From Oculina patagonica (taxonomy: Eukaryota): 64,000 bases of DNA. The position numbers were made by a program, and so were the translations under genes. A model generated the notes under the pieces. It was not told the DNA's origin, ran no database searches, and saw nothing but the letters and a program-made list of their open reading frames with translations. Shown one piece after another: positions 33,367 through 46,777 of this stretch (positions are counted from its first letter, which is position 1; each line of letters starts with the position of its first letter). The stretch lies in NCBI RefSeq assembly GCF_052425735.1, contig NC_135761.1, positions 33,728,001-33,792,000 of the forward strand, read 5' to 3'.

Positions 33367-35614
33367 CTTTGGAGATTTTTACTTGACGATAGTCGGGGAA
33401 ATCACTGAGGGAGGCTTCTGGGTCTGCTTCTTTGGTACCAGAGTTCTAGGAAGGCTGGTGGAAAGGTACTGTTTTACATCACAAATTCTTTTGATATTTT
33501 TCGTTTACTTCTTTCATACAACCTTTTTAACTTTTATTTTTAGGAGAATTTGGCAAGGCTTGAAAAGTATGGAACAGTTCAGCAAAACAGGGATAAGGTT
33601 TTTACGTCAAACTTTCAAACAGATGTGGGACAACACCTTTGGACATCTTCCTTGTGGAATGTCAATCTTCCTAGTTTTCAATCTTTCTGTCAATACGTCT
33701 CAAACATCCAATGAAATTCATGATCGTTCCTAGTTAGCCCATCCCACTTGGGTTGAGGCAGGAAGTAATCTCTGGTCCATCTCTGTGCTCCATCGCTTGC
33801 CGTTTGTTGGATCTGAAAAATCATGAACAGAGCATCGAGGGCAATTGGAAAAATAAACTACAAGGAAATGGCGTCAGGTGCAAGTTAGAAATCAGCTTAA
33901 CTATTGAAACTAGTTAAGGAAAAAGATTGGCTTTGGTACGTCACAGGACTATTTCAATTGCGTTTAAAAAAGTTTACAAAGAAGAATTGCTTATATTGTA
34001 ATGAAGAAGAAGAGGTTTATGGAGAACAGCAAGTCAGCTGGGAAACAAATAGCTGGAGCACCATGACTGCTTGCAGATAGTTAACTGATATCTGAATTAT
34101 TTTTAATGAAATGGTGATGAGAATTTATTTCTATATTTTTAAGCGGAGGATGATGAAAAACGTACTGGCTGATTTATTTTTTCCATGTGACAAGCACCAC
34201 TAAAAGATCACAGAAAAATGGCGCATTAAAAGCTAGCGTGCAGGCACTGAGCAATTTTGCATTGAGTGATGTTTGGTTTAACCATGCAGTCAATTAAAAG
34301 ATGACATATTTTCAATTTAAAAAAGCTAAGTACTGCCTTATTTGAATCGCGCTACAGCACTGTGCTGCATGCTGTGATGTTCTTCTTTCATCTACACCCT
34401 AAATGGTGTGGTTTTCAGTATTTACATGTAGTAAGAAGACAAGAATAAAACAAGAAGAAAAAGAAGAAAAAGAAAGTAAACAAGGATCAAAACTTTGGAG
34501 ATTTTTACTTGAAAATAGTCCGGGAAATCACTGAGGGAGGCTTCTGGGTCTGCTCCTTTGGTACCAGAGTTCTAGGAAGGCTGGTGGAAAGGTACTGTTT
34601 TACATCACAAATTCTTTTGATAGTTTTCGTTTACTTCTTTCGTACAACCTTTTTAACTTTTATTTTTAGGAGAATTTGGCAAGGCTTGAAAAGTATGGAA
34701 CAGTTCAGCAAAACAGGGATAAGGTTTTTACGTCAAACTTTCAAACAGATGTGGGACAACACCTTTGGACATCTTCCTTGTGGAATGTCAATCTTCCTAG
34801 TTTTCAATCTTTCTGTCAATACGTCTTAAACATCCAATGAAATTCATGATCGTTCCCAGTTAGCCCATCCCACTTCGGTTGAGGCAGGAAGTAATCTCTG
34901 GAATCTCTGGTCCATCTCTGTGCTCCATCGCTTGCCGTTTGTTGGATCTGAAAAATCATGAACAGAGCATCGAGGGCAATTGGAAAAATAAACTACAAGG
35001 AAATGGCGTCAGGTGCAAGTTAGAAATCAGCTTAACTATTGAAACTAGTTAAGGAAAAAGATTGGCTTCGGTACGTCACAGGACTATTTCAATTGCGTTT
35101 AAAAAAGTTTACAAAGAAGAATTGCTTATATTGTAATGAAGAAGAAGAGGTTTATGGAGAACAGCAAGTCAGCTGGGAAACAAATAGCTGGAGCACCATG
35201 ACTGCTTGCAGATAGTTAACTGATATCTGAATTATTTCTAATGAAATGGTGATGAGAATTAATTCCTATATTTTTAAGCCGAGGATGATGAAAAACGTAC
35301 TGGCTGATTTATTTTTTCCATGTGACAAGCACCACTAAAAGATCACAGAAAAATGGCGGATTAAAAGCTAGCGTGCAGGCACTGAGCAATTTTGCATTGA
35401 GTGATGTTTGGTTTAACCATGCAGTCAATTAAAAGATGACATATTTTCAATTTAAAAAAGCTAAGTAATGCCTTATTTGAATCGCGCTACAGCACTGTGC
35501 TGCATGCTGTGATGTCCTTCTTTCATCTACACCCTAAATGGTGTGGTTTTCAGTATTTACATGTAGGACGAAGACAAGAATACAAAGAAGAAAAAGAAAG
35601 TAAACAAGGATCAA
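33367..35614 (+). repeat. ~1.1-kb head-to-tail tandem duplication (33367-34490 / 34493-35614)
   Basis: Near-identical copies, reflected in the near-identical ORFs at 33305 and 34509. Confidence 0.9.
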
Positions 35615-35747
35615 GAAGTACGTTAAAACTGCGTGTTTGAGAACTCATTTGTTAATCAAAAGCCATTTTAAAAATTTTAGTGCCAAACGAATCACATTGT
35701 TAAACCCAACAAGTACACATGGTAGGACATGCAAAACTAACCACAAC

Positions 35748-36694
35748 ATAGGCGTAGCGTCCATATACGCACGAATACCCGTGCATACAGCTGACATCTG
35801 AGAATTTTTTTTTGGAATTACCTAAAAACGCTTTTTATCATTTTATTTGCTGGCTGATAATTTAATATTTGTCACATTACACTAGCGTTTTTTATCAGAT
35901 TTTCCTTTATTCAAGCATTGATTATTTAGTGCTAGCCACTAATGGCAAGATGCATTTGAGTGGTAAGTAAAAATAGAAAAAAGCGCCTCATGTACCCCTC
36001 CCTCCAGGTTAGCCTCGCCAGTTTCCCCAGGTATCTAGATGAGAGGTTACTATTGCATGGTAATCTCTGAGGATGAGTTTAAAACTGAAGTCACGAGATG
36101 GAAGCATAAATGGAGTGGCATGGATCCAAATGTGACACTGCATACTTTGGTTGAGACTCTTGACCACGCAAACTCCCAATTTTATCCCAGTGAATATGTT
36201 GCTCTCGTAACATTGTTAACTTATCCTGTGTCAAGCACTGCCAAAAGAAGCTTCAGTAGTATGAAAAGACTTAAATCTCCTCCACGAAGTACGAAAACGG
36301 ATAAAAGATTAAGGTCCATAGCAATCCTCCATATACATAAACACAAGAACGTGGATATTGACAGTGTAGTAACGGGGTTTGCCAGTCTTGAGGCTCGACG
36401 CCTTGCAATGTGACCTGTGTCCGCTGTTTTTGTTTTTCCTTTTGTAACACTGTAGCTTATGGGAAACACTAGAGCAAAGGTCAAAATAAACAGTCTTTCT
36501 ACTGCATTTTACTCTATTTATTGAAAATGCCCGCAGAAAAACCAGGAGATGGCATTTCCGAGAAGCTAAATATTTTAAAATTTTCTGGGGGACCAAGCCC
36601 CCAGACCCCCCTGGTAGTTAGTGTCTTTGGCGTTAACAAAAAATTTCTTCTCCTGCATACATCTCGAAAAATTGCACGCTACGCCCCTGATAGG
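35748..36694 (+). mobile_element. Small deleted hAT5-like element with 5-bp TSD ATAGG
   Basis: Left (ATAGG)cgtagcgt, right acgctacgcccctg(ATAGG); hAT C-terminal ORF 36039-36413; empty site ccacaacATAGGttgtacc at 24536-24540. Confidence 0.8.
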
Positions 36695-37904
36695 TTGTAC
36701 CTTGCCCTTACAAACCACTTTAATAAGCCCTGCTTAATATGCTCTTGCATGCACATGTCTAAATCAACTTCCTGGAAGTTTATGCTGTTCGGAAATAATG
36801 AACTGCTTCAAATACCTCCCTAACAAGTATACAATAGTTCATATATTGTTTATTTATCTTGTTTCTGTTAATTTTTCAATCAACTCAATGCAGCTTAAAA
36901 CTACTTTTTTTCGACAGGTTGAGACGGGTCAGGCAGACTGTAGTGTTGAGCTGGTAGCCAACTTTCCTTAAAGAGATATTCATTGATGTACATCCACACA
37001 TTTACATACATACAGATAGACGTAGAACTTTTAATGTTAGCGACGGTCCCCTGCTTGATAGGTACTTTGTTTTCTTGTATGAAACAGATACATAAGTCTG
37101 GCGATACTTTGCAGCAGCCTGCATTGGTTTGCAGCAGAAAGGGCAGGGTTATTGGTATCCATCTAGTGAGGTACGTGCATACGTACGTACGTTGTTTTAA
37201 AATGTCTCACCATGCCTTGATTTAAGAGTAAGAAATGGTGTAAAAAATGCTACACAGGAAATGTGTGATTGTGCTAGCATGTACTCTGCTTGATAGTTTC
37301 ATATCCAAAAGAAAAAAGTGTTGCAGAAGGAGCAGCAACGTTATCTATTTTTGGTGCACACAAGCTAAATAATGCAAGGTGGTTTCTTCCTTGGGAACAA
37401 CTCACTCAACTTTTCAGAAATTTTTAATTGTTATACGTTTTCGAATTTTAAAAAAAAACCCTGACTTTCAAGGGCCCTTGTACATCAGTACATCTTTCAA
37501 TTGTCATTTTACAGTTACATTTTACTTCAGTTTCATGCAAATAATGGTTGCAATAAATCGTGAATGAAATGCAAACGCGCACACAGAAGCCAATGCAATG
37601 TGGTGCAGTTGCCAATTATCCGCGCATGACCTGTTTATATCATTATTCAATAAAAGTGAGAGCCTGTAGATTTATACAGAAACGATTGGATTATTTGCTC
37701 TCGATTTCTATGGGTGATACATGTAGTTGCTTGTTAATTATATTTAAAGTTAGGTATGTTTTATATTTTAATTTTAATAGCGTCCCTGATTACTAGGCCT
37801 ATGGCCAGCTAGAACAAAAGACACTAGAAAAAAGTTATTATAATTATTATTATTATTACTATTATTATTATTTAAAAGCTATTGGTTAATAGAATATTCC
37901 GTCT

Positions 37905-39569
37905 TGGGAGAGACCGACCTGGTGAGCAATGGCCGCGACCGGCCACGTTTTGTGAGCGAGAAGAAACCGCTCCCTCTGTGAACCTAAGACCAATGTCAAA
38001 TACTAATGTCAAGCACAAACAGTAAGAAAAACAAAAGAGGCGCTAGAGGATCAACTGAAGAAGAACCAACAGCGTCCAAACGACTGAATATGTCGTTGGC
38101 CGACAACAATAAGTCCGAAGAAGAAGTAATGGAGGCGACAACTGGTGCCGCCGAAACCACAGAACCAAACCTCGCCGATATCCAGGCGCTGCTGATAAGT
38201 ATTCAAAAAACAACTAACAGTATTCTCAAGGAAAACAACAAACTCTCAAATGAAGTTGGGGAACTCAAGTCATTGTTTAATAGGTTGGAAACTGAATTGC
38301 TGACAACAAAGACAACTCTAATCAAAGTGCAAAATACCAACAAAGAACTTAGAGTCGAACTTGACGCTGCAAAGCGAAAAATTTCTCAACAGAGAGAGGA
38401 AATTGACGGACTGCAGGATGGCATTGACGATCTGGAGCAATATTCCCGAAAGAACTCACTGGAAATTGTCGGCGTTCCGGGGAGTATACGCGATAACGAA
38501 GGAGCAGTTCTGAAAATCGCCAGAGTGCTAAATGTTGACATGAAACCAGAGGACATAGACATTTGCCATAGAGTAAGAAGAAAGAAATCGAACCCAATCA
38601 TTGTGTGCTTTGTCAGTCACAAGGTCAAAACTAAACTCTACAAGCAAAGAGTCCAACTTAAGCATGTGAACTTTTCATATTTATTTCCGGATGCAACCCC
38701 GGCTGATAGAGTTCAAGCCAACAAAATTTTCATAAATGAAAATTTAACAGCTTTCCGTAGGGAGTTATTGGGGAAGGCGCACGCAAGAAAACAAGAGCTT
38801 TCACTTCTTGGTATATGGACCATCGGTGGAAAAATGTTCGTCAAAACATCTCCAGAAGAAAGACCTATTCAAATTTATTCCGAACATGACTTAAATAACC
38901 TCTAGACCTCATGATTGTATATGGTAGGACTTGACATACAATAATCTCTGAATGGGGAGGCAAAATTATTTTTTCTCATGGGAGGCACCACAGCAAAGGT
39001 GTTTGCATCTTATTTGATCCAGCTATTCAACTAAATGAACAAAATAATTTCAGTAACAAAACAGGAAGAATTATTCTGATTACTGTGCATTTAAACGGCG
39101 TAAAAATCTCGCTATGCAATATTTATGCACCTACCTAACAACCAATCTGAACAAATAGAGTTCAGGAAAATTTAATTGGGGTTACTTCCAACCTACCTAA
39201 TAAGAAGAAGCTAGTGAAAAAACTTAATTTTACCTTGCTATATGCCCGATATTTTATTTATACGAATAAGTTTCATAATAAGTCTCTCCTTATCACAGAT
39301 TTTGTAAGTAGAATTTTAAGTAAGTACATGCTAGAAAACTTAGGTTTAAACTTGTATACGGAGTATCCATACTCCTTCTCAGGTCTTTTTTTTTCTCTTC
39401 TCTTTAATTCTCCTTGCTGCCCTACGTGCCAGTGGGCACAATGGGCAGTGAGTGAATCTTCAATTCTCCACTGTAATCTATTATTACGTAGTTTTACCAT
39501 TAATTGCATTGTAATATAACTATATATGTGTGACTATCAATAAAATAATAAAAAAAAAATGAAAAAAAC
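37905..39569 (+). mobile_element. Non-autonomous L1/Tx1-like LINE (ORF1 intact, ORF2 collapsed)
   Basis: 12-bp TSD AATATTCCGTCT (37893-37904, 39570-39581); AATAAA plus A-rich tail; APE endonuclease remnant WGGKIIFSHG..HSKGV.IL...GRII....NIYAP (38945-39135); ORF2 C-terminal remnant LNFTLLYARYFIY. Confidence 0.9.
38006..38905 (+). CDS. LINE ORF1 protein (coiled coil + RRM + CTD)
   Basis: 299-aa intact ORF; DDLEQYSRKNSLEIVGVP, DIDICHRV, PIIVCF, IFINENLT. Confidence 0.9.
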   Translation: MSSTNSKKNKRGARGSTEEEPTASKRLNMSLADNNKSEEEVMEATTGAAETTEPNLADIQALLISIQKTTNSILKENNKLSNEVGELKSLFNRLETELLTTKTTLIKVQNTNKELRVELDAAKRKISQQREEIDGLQDGIDDLEQYSRKNSLEIVGVPGSIRDNEGAVLKIARVLNVDMKPEDIDICHRVRRKKSNPIIVCFVSHKVKTKLYKQRVQLKHVNFSYLFPDATPADRVQANKIFINENLTAFRRELLGKAHARKQELSLLGIWTIGGKMFVKTSPEERPIQIYSEHDLNNL

Positions 39570-39989
39570 AATATTCCGTCTGTCATCTCAGGTAGAATTC
39601 AAATTGAATGGTAGGAGTTAATCTTGCCTCCTTCCACCCAGGGGCTTCCTGCCGGCCACACCATACTGTTTTAATGATGGTTTCACTCAACATCAATGTG
39701 AACTTGTTCACTCTACTAAGTTAAACGCGGAAGCAACATAATTTGTCCCACAAGTAACAAGGCAAAGTTGCAGACACACTCTGCTGAACCATAGAATCGT
39801 TTTTAAAATTAATAATTTTTTTCAAGGGACATTTCGGCACCTAAAGTGTCGTAGCATCTTAACCTTTGTTCTGCCAGGTTATTCATCAAAAGAAGCTGGT
39901 TTTGCACGATATCCTGTATTTATTCATGTATGTGCTGCCATTTGAAGTATTGCATTACGTGAAATGGAATAATTTTTATGTGAAGGCAA

Positions 39990-40253
39990 ATATACTTCTG
40001 CAGGATTCTGTTTTGGTATATAAATGGGTTTCTGGAGATGCTCCAACTCACTTGCAACAATTGTGGACAAAAGAAGGACAACAATAATTTAAAAAAAGAA
40101 AATTGCTTGGTACTACCAAAACCAAAGGCAGACTTCCTCAGAAAGTCCATTAAATACGAAAGGGCCACACTGTGGAACTTACTAAAAAACAAGGCCCAAG
40201 TTAAGGAATCCTTGGGGAGCTTCAAGAGTGTCTTAAAAGAAAATAGCATCTAA
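39990..40253 (+). pseudogene. CR1/L2 LINE reverse-transcriptase ORF C-terminal remnant
   Basis: LVYK..SGDAPTHL...LVLPKPKADFLRKSIKY..ATLWN.L....SLGSFK. Confidence 0.7.
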
Positions 40254-40529
40254 AGAGCCTATGTAAATGTAATTTTTTGAAATGTGTTTGTTATTGTAAC
40301 ATTTTAAATGTTTAGTTGTAAAAGACACGAGCACATCAGCTCTGCAGCAACAAATTCATTGTGTATAAATATGAGCTTAACGATGGAGATAACATCACAG
40401 AATGGGTCTCAGCGGGTCCAAAAATTATGCGTTTAAAACACACATGGGCCATACTACGTGCAAAGTGAGAGGATTCACTCTCGACACCAGAGGCTGACAA
40501 AAACTTAATTTTGAGTCAACAAAGGAATT

Positions 40530-41110
40530 GGTTCGTGGAGAAATTTACCAACCAGAACCTGCTAAACGTACCATTGTCTTGAACAAGCCATTCAAAATTA
40601 ACCGTAACAAGGCCACAAAAGAAATTGCTACCACCTCTATGGACAAGACTATTATTATACTTAGGACTGAACAAGAAAAGTACTAGAAACATGGAATAAA
40701 AGCAAAGAGAAACCCCAAGAAGTACTTGTCCATTACCATCGACGGAATGGACCAAAACAAACATAACCTGCCAGATTTTAATATAAGCAGCAAGGTAACA
40801 AAATGATTTCCTGTAAGACTACTACTATTCAATGTTCATTAGTGTCACACTAAAAGAGAAACAAATTGCATTTGAGATGTCTCAAAGGAAGGCTTTAAAT
40901 GATGGATAAAATTTAAAGTCAAACATTTCAGTTTCTCCCATTTAACGTTTACTTAACTTTGTTTTCTTTACTTTCGATGGAAGTGCGTGGCACTTATAAA
41001 CGCACGTAGCGGGAGTTCATGTTCTTGGATATGTGGGAATGGCCACACTATAGCAACTCAACTATCAATGTTCTGCTCAATGTGTTTTTGGAGGTGAAAA
41101 ATTCAGTAAG
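40530..41110 (+). pseudogene. Transposase-like fragment (DUF7869-like) with introns
   Basis: KHGIKA.ENPKKYLSITIDGMDQNKHNLP, followed by WPH..NSTINVLL. Confidence 0.5.
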
Positions 41111-42214
41111 TAAATCTTAATTTATGGTTTCTTTTAGCATTGTTTTTGTTTACAGTCCTTCTTCATATCCAACATTTTTTTACTTTGTACTTCTCAATGA
41201 TGAACTACAGGCTTAGAAGCCTGGATTTTTTAAAAAAATTTGCCCTTTAGTTAACTCTAAATTCTGGAGATTGTACAATTTTTAGGTTAAGACTTTTTTT
41301 TATCCGTTTATTTTCTTATTCTTTTGTACCTGGATTGGCAAGCAGGCAGATAAAAAAGAGCACAGGAATACTTGCCCTTATTGTAATCTTTTCAACGGTC
41401 AAGTTCTTAAATCAAAGTTTTTTCCGACATGCATTGTCTTGTCATGTTTGTCACCACAGTGTGTTCTTATTTTTATTGAAATTGTTACCTTGTTTCTTGT
41501 TATCAAGTTCTTAAAATGTCCTTAGTCTGTTACATAAGATCAAGCATAAACTCAGAAAAAAATGTCTCTCCTATATTTGCCATTTATATAAGATGCTGCC
41601 AGAGAAGCAATGCATGAAAGCAGGTTTACAAAAACAATGCCTCATAATTTAAAGCTACATGTCAACCAGATTATTTTAAGAGTCAGTGAATGGAAAGTTA
41701 CTCTAGAGAGAACAGGCCACTAAACAAATGCCTTGCTTCAATATGAAAAATCAAGTTTTGCGCAACAACACAAGGTTAATAAAATTTTTGGTTCCCCTGA
41801 AAACTGAGACTCCTAGAAAATGTACGTGTTGCTGGGATTGTTGATTTGATCAGTCCTGAGAGGCAATCTCGTAGCAGCCCAGCGTTCAAGGTAAATAATC
41901 TGCCGGTTTTACTTTTCTTTCATATTTAAACTCTGCTCCTAGCATGACGACCAGCACGCCTTAGCAACAGGTCATTGCGTCAGCCATGAGCACACTTAGT
42001 GTACCTTATTTTGCAATATTAAACAATAGGCGTGTTGACAGATCAGGCAATTTGAAGCTCAGCAAAGCTGGCAAGAGGAGTGCAAAACATCAGTCACATC
42101 TCGGCACTTGACAGAATCATTAATCATTAGATTCCCATTAATTATGATTTGCACTTAATTCTGTTTTATGCGGTTGTAAACCTTTTAGATTTTGCTCACT
42201 TGGCTTAGTTCATG

Positions 42215-42332
42215 GCATTTCACGGCAGGAAACCACTGGTGCCAGGTATTTATGAAGAGAAATGGTCTGTTGCTTCGACAGAAGACAACTCTTGCTCAGC
42301 AGCTTCCAGAAGATTACGAAGAAAAGATCGTC
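42215..42332 (+). pseudogene. pogo/Tigger CENP-B-type HTH fragment
   Basis: FTAGNHWCQVFMKRNGLLLRQKTTLAQQLPEDYEEKI. Confidence 0.8.
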
Positions 42333-42723
42333 CAACAAGAGCAAGCGGTGAGAAATCTGTATCTGGGAAAAGACGTCCTTGCCGTTCTGCCTACTGGATT
42401 CGGCAAGAGGCGCATTTATCAAGCGTTTTCTTTACTGAAAAGCTGTGAAAATATCGGCGCTACATTGATTGTCATTGCTCCATTTAATAACAAGTACTAT
42501 TGAAGACCATTTGGCCGATTTGCGCTCGCGAGGTATTCGTGCTGCTGCGTTGTCTTCTATAAGTTCAGCTGAATTAGAAGAATGAAGTTTAGAAATAATA
42601 CTCTGCTCAGCAGAGGAAGCAATTACCAAGGAGTTTACCAGCCTTCTTAAGAAAAAGAGTTCTGAGCTGCACCAGCGCGTGTGCTGCATCGTTGTTGACG
42701 AACTCCACACGGTGGAAACGTGA
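42333..42723 (+). pseudogene. RecQ-family helicase N-terminal fragment (AcademH-type by inference)
   Basis: QEQAV...GKDVLAVLPTGFGK (motif I), IVIAP (motif Ia), CIVVDELH (motif II). Confidence 0.85.
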
Positions 42724-42879
42724 TGAAGTCCGCAGCATATCTGATTTTCCTTGCGCAGGGGCGGCAAACTTTATCTGATTATCCTGGATCTTGGACCAGC
42801 TTCACACCAACAATGAACAAAGTGTCCGCCAACACACAACCAGGGCATTCTTTCCTTCCCGAAGGCAAAAACAGGTTCT

Positions 42880-43490
42880 CATTTGAACATTTGGTCCCCA
42901 TTTAGGCAAAAGAAGAATTACAAATTTGGCAGTGATCATTTGAAACTTTATCTGGTTTTCTTCACGGTTGTGCGATTGGCACTTGCTGTTGGTTTCATCG
43001 TTTTTGGACAAGGTTTTTCAAAATTCTATAAAACATTGAACCAGTGCCTTGGTATTAAGGCAACATCAAAGAACCGTTATGACCAAGTTCTCAAACTGAT
43101 TTATCCTCAAATTCTTGACATTTTGATTAAGATGTGTGATAAAGAGAAGGCAAACATGAGAGCCATTGATGATAGAATGCTTGGTAGTTAGAAACGAGGA
43201 GTTGTCACGTCAGATGGAGTATGGCATACACTGGGCCACTTTAGCAAAAATGGCTCGTTTATTATAAAAATTACCTGACTGGAGGGATCCTTGTTGATGA
43301 ATGTTACCAGCAGGCCAAATATGAAGGCTGCGAAATAGCTGTGGTGTGGCAAGATAGGGACTAAAGCTCTCAGAAATCAGTAGAAAAAGTTTATGGTAAA
43401 GAGCCTAGGAGAGTCTTCAAGTGTGGGGGTCATGTCGGAAGGGCTCATGCAAACAACCTGAAGGAGCTTGGCAAACAAAAGGTATTTTCA
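42880..43490 (+). pseudogene. Mutator-like/Kolobok-Hydra-type transposase fragment
   Basis: GQGFSKFYKTL..LGI...VVTSDGVWHTLGHFSKNGS...VWQDRD...KCGGHVGRAH. Confidence 0.6.
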
Positions 43491-46349
43491 GCTAACCTGC
43501 CAGAAGGGGGGCCCCAACATTTACATTGCACAATATAACATTGAAAATCTAAAAACATCCAGGTTTATTAACATCTGCATAGCCACTAAACAGCTTAGCC
43601 ATAGTAATGTTCCATGTGGTAGAATATTCTTTACTACCCCAAGCACAATCAAATGACATGGTTGTCTTCAATCTGCGTAATAGATTACAGATTTACGACA
43701 GTGACAAGAGGATCTTATAGTATGAGGTGGGCTATTTCCCAGTGTCAGCATTGGTAAGAGTGGTGAATTTCCCATATAAATGACAGAAGCAAGCAATAAA
43801 AGGATCATAAAAGTCACTGTTTCTAGTAAATTGCAAAATTGAAATTAGTGTCATTATTTAACAAAAGTCTGCAGAAAAAAATGCATGTTTAAGATATAAT
43901 TATGGCACCGTTTCACTGCTGTGTTTCATTTGTGAAAAGTTTCGTATTTAAGTTGTTGCTCCTTATAAAAAAAAAACATTTGTTGGTTTTTTTTGTTTAT
44001 TAGAATGAATTGGTGATCCATGAGTGTTTAAAAGATGTTGCTGCAGTGCAGTACAAAACTAGTGACATTGATGTCAAGGTTGGTGAAATGAGAAGAAGAC
44101 CAACAGAATTTGCCCTAACTGTGTGAAGTGAAGTGAATACTTTATTTACCCTCGGATTGTAGAGTAGCTTTTAACATAGCTAATATCTCCGAGCATTTCA
44201 ACAGTACAACGGCGCAACAGAAATGCTAAAACAGTGACTGTATCAACCAAGCCTGTCGAGTCAACTTACTATCAGCTGAAAGTAATTAATTTAACTGTCG
44301 AGGACATACCTGTAACAGAACGTATTGAGCCTGTGTAGCGTCCTAGTACCTTCAAAGAAACTGAGGTCAACCTTACAGAAGAAGATTTGCCATAATTAAA
44401 AGAAGTTGTGACCAAAGTGGCAAGCACATGGAAGGATGTAAAGGTTGAGTGGGAACATGTTCCAATAGGTCACGGTTATCAAGCTTGAAAGTCACAGTGT
44501 CAGATTCTGTTTTTTATCTAAGGCTGCTTTGCTCTAATTTTTTCCTATTAGTAATGTTATTGATAAGCTTTCTCTTTTTTATTCCTCCTATTATATTTAT
44601 TCTAACATATTATTTTTTACTTAATTTTTTTTTTGCTCACTGTTATGTTGTGTTGTTTGTGTGGTCTACTGGCCTCAACTTGTATGTACATAATTGTAAC
44701 ACTGGCTGCCTGCCCTTTTAAACTCTAGGCAACAGCATCATTCAAATAACAACAGTTTCAGTTACCCTTAACAAAACAATTTTTAGTTTGCACTGAACTA
44801 TACTGAACTTAGTCCAATGGATAGATTTTATGTAAAAATTCATTATGGTAGGGACACTATGTTGTGCATGTCAGAGCAACTAGAAAAGTGTTGTTAATCA
44901 CATTCAGGAAGCTGGTCATGCTGGAATGGATGGTTATCGAGCCCATAACATTGTCTTATTACATGGTAACATTTGTACTTAAAATGTGATCCTTGTTTTT
45001 GTAGGTGGATAGTTCAAGTGACGATGGAGCTTCAAATTCAACAGCAGCATTCAGCGGCATGTCTAGCTTTCCGATGTTGACTAAGCTGTAAAATAATTTA
45101 CGTGTGCCATTGCGTAAATCTAGAAAGCCCTTTTCAAAGAGTTTGCAATTGTTAATTCAATGCCTCTCCATAACTGCGGTGGTAATGGTGCAAAGGGATG
45201 CCTTTGTTCTCATCATTTATGTTTGAAGAGCCAAAAGCAAAATTTGTGGAACCCAACATTGTCTATCAATGCTTTCCAAAACAATAGCCATCAACACCTT
45301 AATGAAAACGTTAAACGACAAACTGAAGGTGGTAGAATATTAATCGTGACTGCCTGTCATCAATGAAACAGCCTTCTAACGATAAAAACCTTTAAGGAAC
45401 TCTCTTTGGAAGAGAATTTTTAAAAAACAGCAGCTTTCAAATCATTTTATTCTGTAACTTAATTACGCTTTTTACCTTTTTAATATTTTATCTCTTTTTT
45501 TGCATTTTTATTTGTTACATTGTCTCATAGTTTTTACTATTTTACTGTCAATAATTTTAGAGGGCCACTGGTTTGTTTGTAATTTTTATGCTATTTTAGT
45601 GCTACCCTCGTTAAATAAAGATTTTACTTACTTACTTACTAAATAACTAACATACAATAACAAAGACTATAAAATGAAACATTTGAACCAATAACTACAA
45701 AGATTTGTATTTATCTATATAATCGTTTTTATCACACGACAAATCCACTTTGCTAGGAATCTTATTTAAGTCACATGACAAACACAAAGTTGAATATTTT
45801 ACTGAGCCAGCTGAAGTTACTGTGCAGGATTGTCTATTGAAGAAACTGGGGACGAGACTGGTGCAATCAAAATAACTGTCTGGGAAAAAGGAATTGATGT
45901 TCTGGTAAAAGAGGAGACAACCAGGTTTTAAATGCAAGAGAGTACAGCCAAAGATTTTATCTAACTTTTCATAACAGATAAACTGTGGCAACCACATGGA
46001 AGGATGTAAAGGTTGAGTGGGAACATGTTCCAACAGGTCATTGTAATCAAGCTTGGAAAGTCAGTGTCAGATTCTGCTTTTATCTAAGGCTGTTTTGCTT
46101 TTATTTTTCTTATTAGTAATGCAATTGATATGTTTGTAAGTATATTTGTAAGCAGAGTCATCCATGCTGTGGTCTTCCTCAAACGTTACTGTTCTCAAAC
46201 ACCAAGGAAAACTGACGAAGTCCACAGAAAAATAGCCGACAAGTGGTTAAAAGGTTCAGTATGGCAAACCTATATAAGTGAGATGTCTGAAATCAGTGAT
46301 GATACGATGAATGATGCCATGGACGATATTGAAGAATGAGAAAAGGTAA

Positions 46350-46777
46350 GCCAAGATTCTGTGTGTGAGGTTGCCCGATAACAACATTGTGTTCAAGGAT
46401 TCCATTTGTTTCCTCCAGATGCCTCTTTTCTTCTTTCCCAAAGCGTTTGGTCTCACACCGAGCAGCCAAAAAGGTCCTTTCCTCATTTGTTTAACACAGT
46501 CGAGGAACAATCGTACGTGGGACCAATGCCTGCTTGCGACTTCTACGATCCCAAAGGTATGTCAGCCTTTCACAAGGCCGAATTTGAAAAGTGGTACACC
46601 GATCTTGTGGCCGAGGACTACCAGTTCAACTTTAACTGGGAACTGTTGGCTTATTGCCAATCTGACGTGAAATTGTTGCCAGAAGGATGTGAAGTGTTCT
46701 GGGAAGAATTCCAAGCAGTGGCAGGATTCGACCCCATGGAGCAGTGTCTCAATATCACAGCTGCCTGTAACCGTTAA
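46350..46777 (+). pseudogene. Protein-primed family B DNA polymerase fragment (Polinton/Maverick)
   Basis: FKDSICFLQMPL..FPKAFGL...FPHLFN...YVGPMP...F.KWY...FNF..ELLAYCQSDVKLL.EGC..F. Confidence 0.9.

Larger units (their letters stand above)
26495..33550 (+). repeat. Mosaic repeat unit, copy 3 (with extra hAT and Penelope inserts)
   Basis: Colinear with 2445-7610. Confidence 0.88.

Noticed and set aside
42192-42503. Functional pogo-RecQ fusion gene
   Set aside because: Both parts are truncated, and the RecQ part has a frameshift and stops
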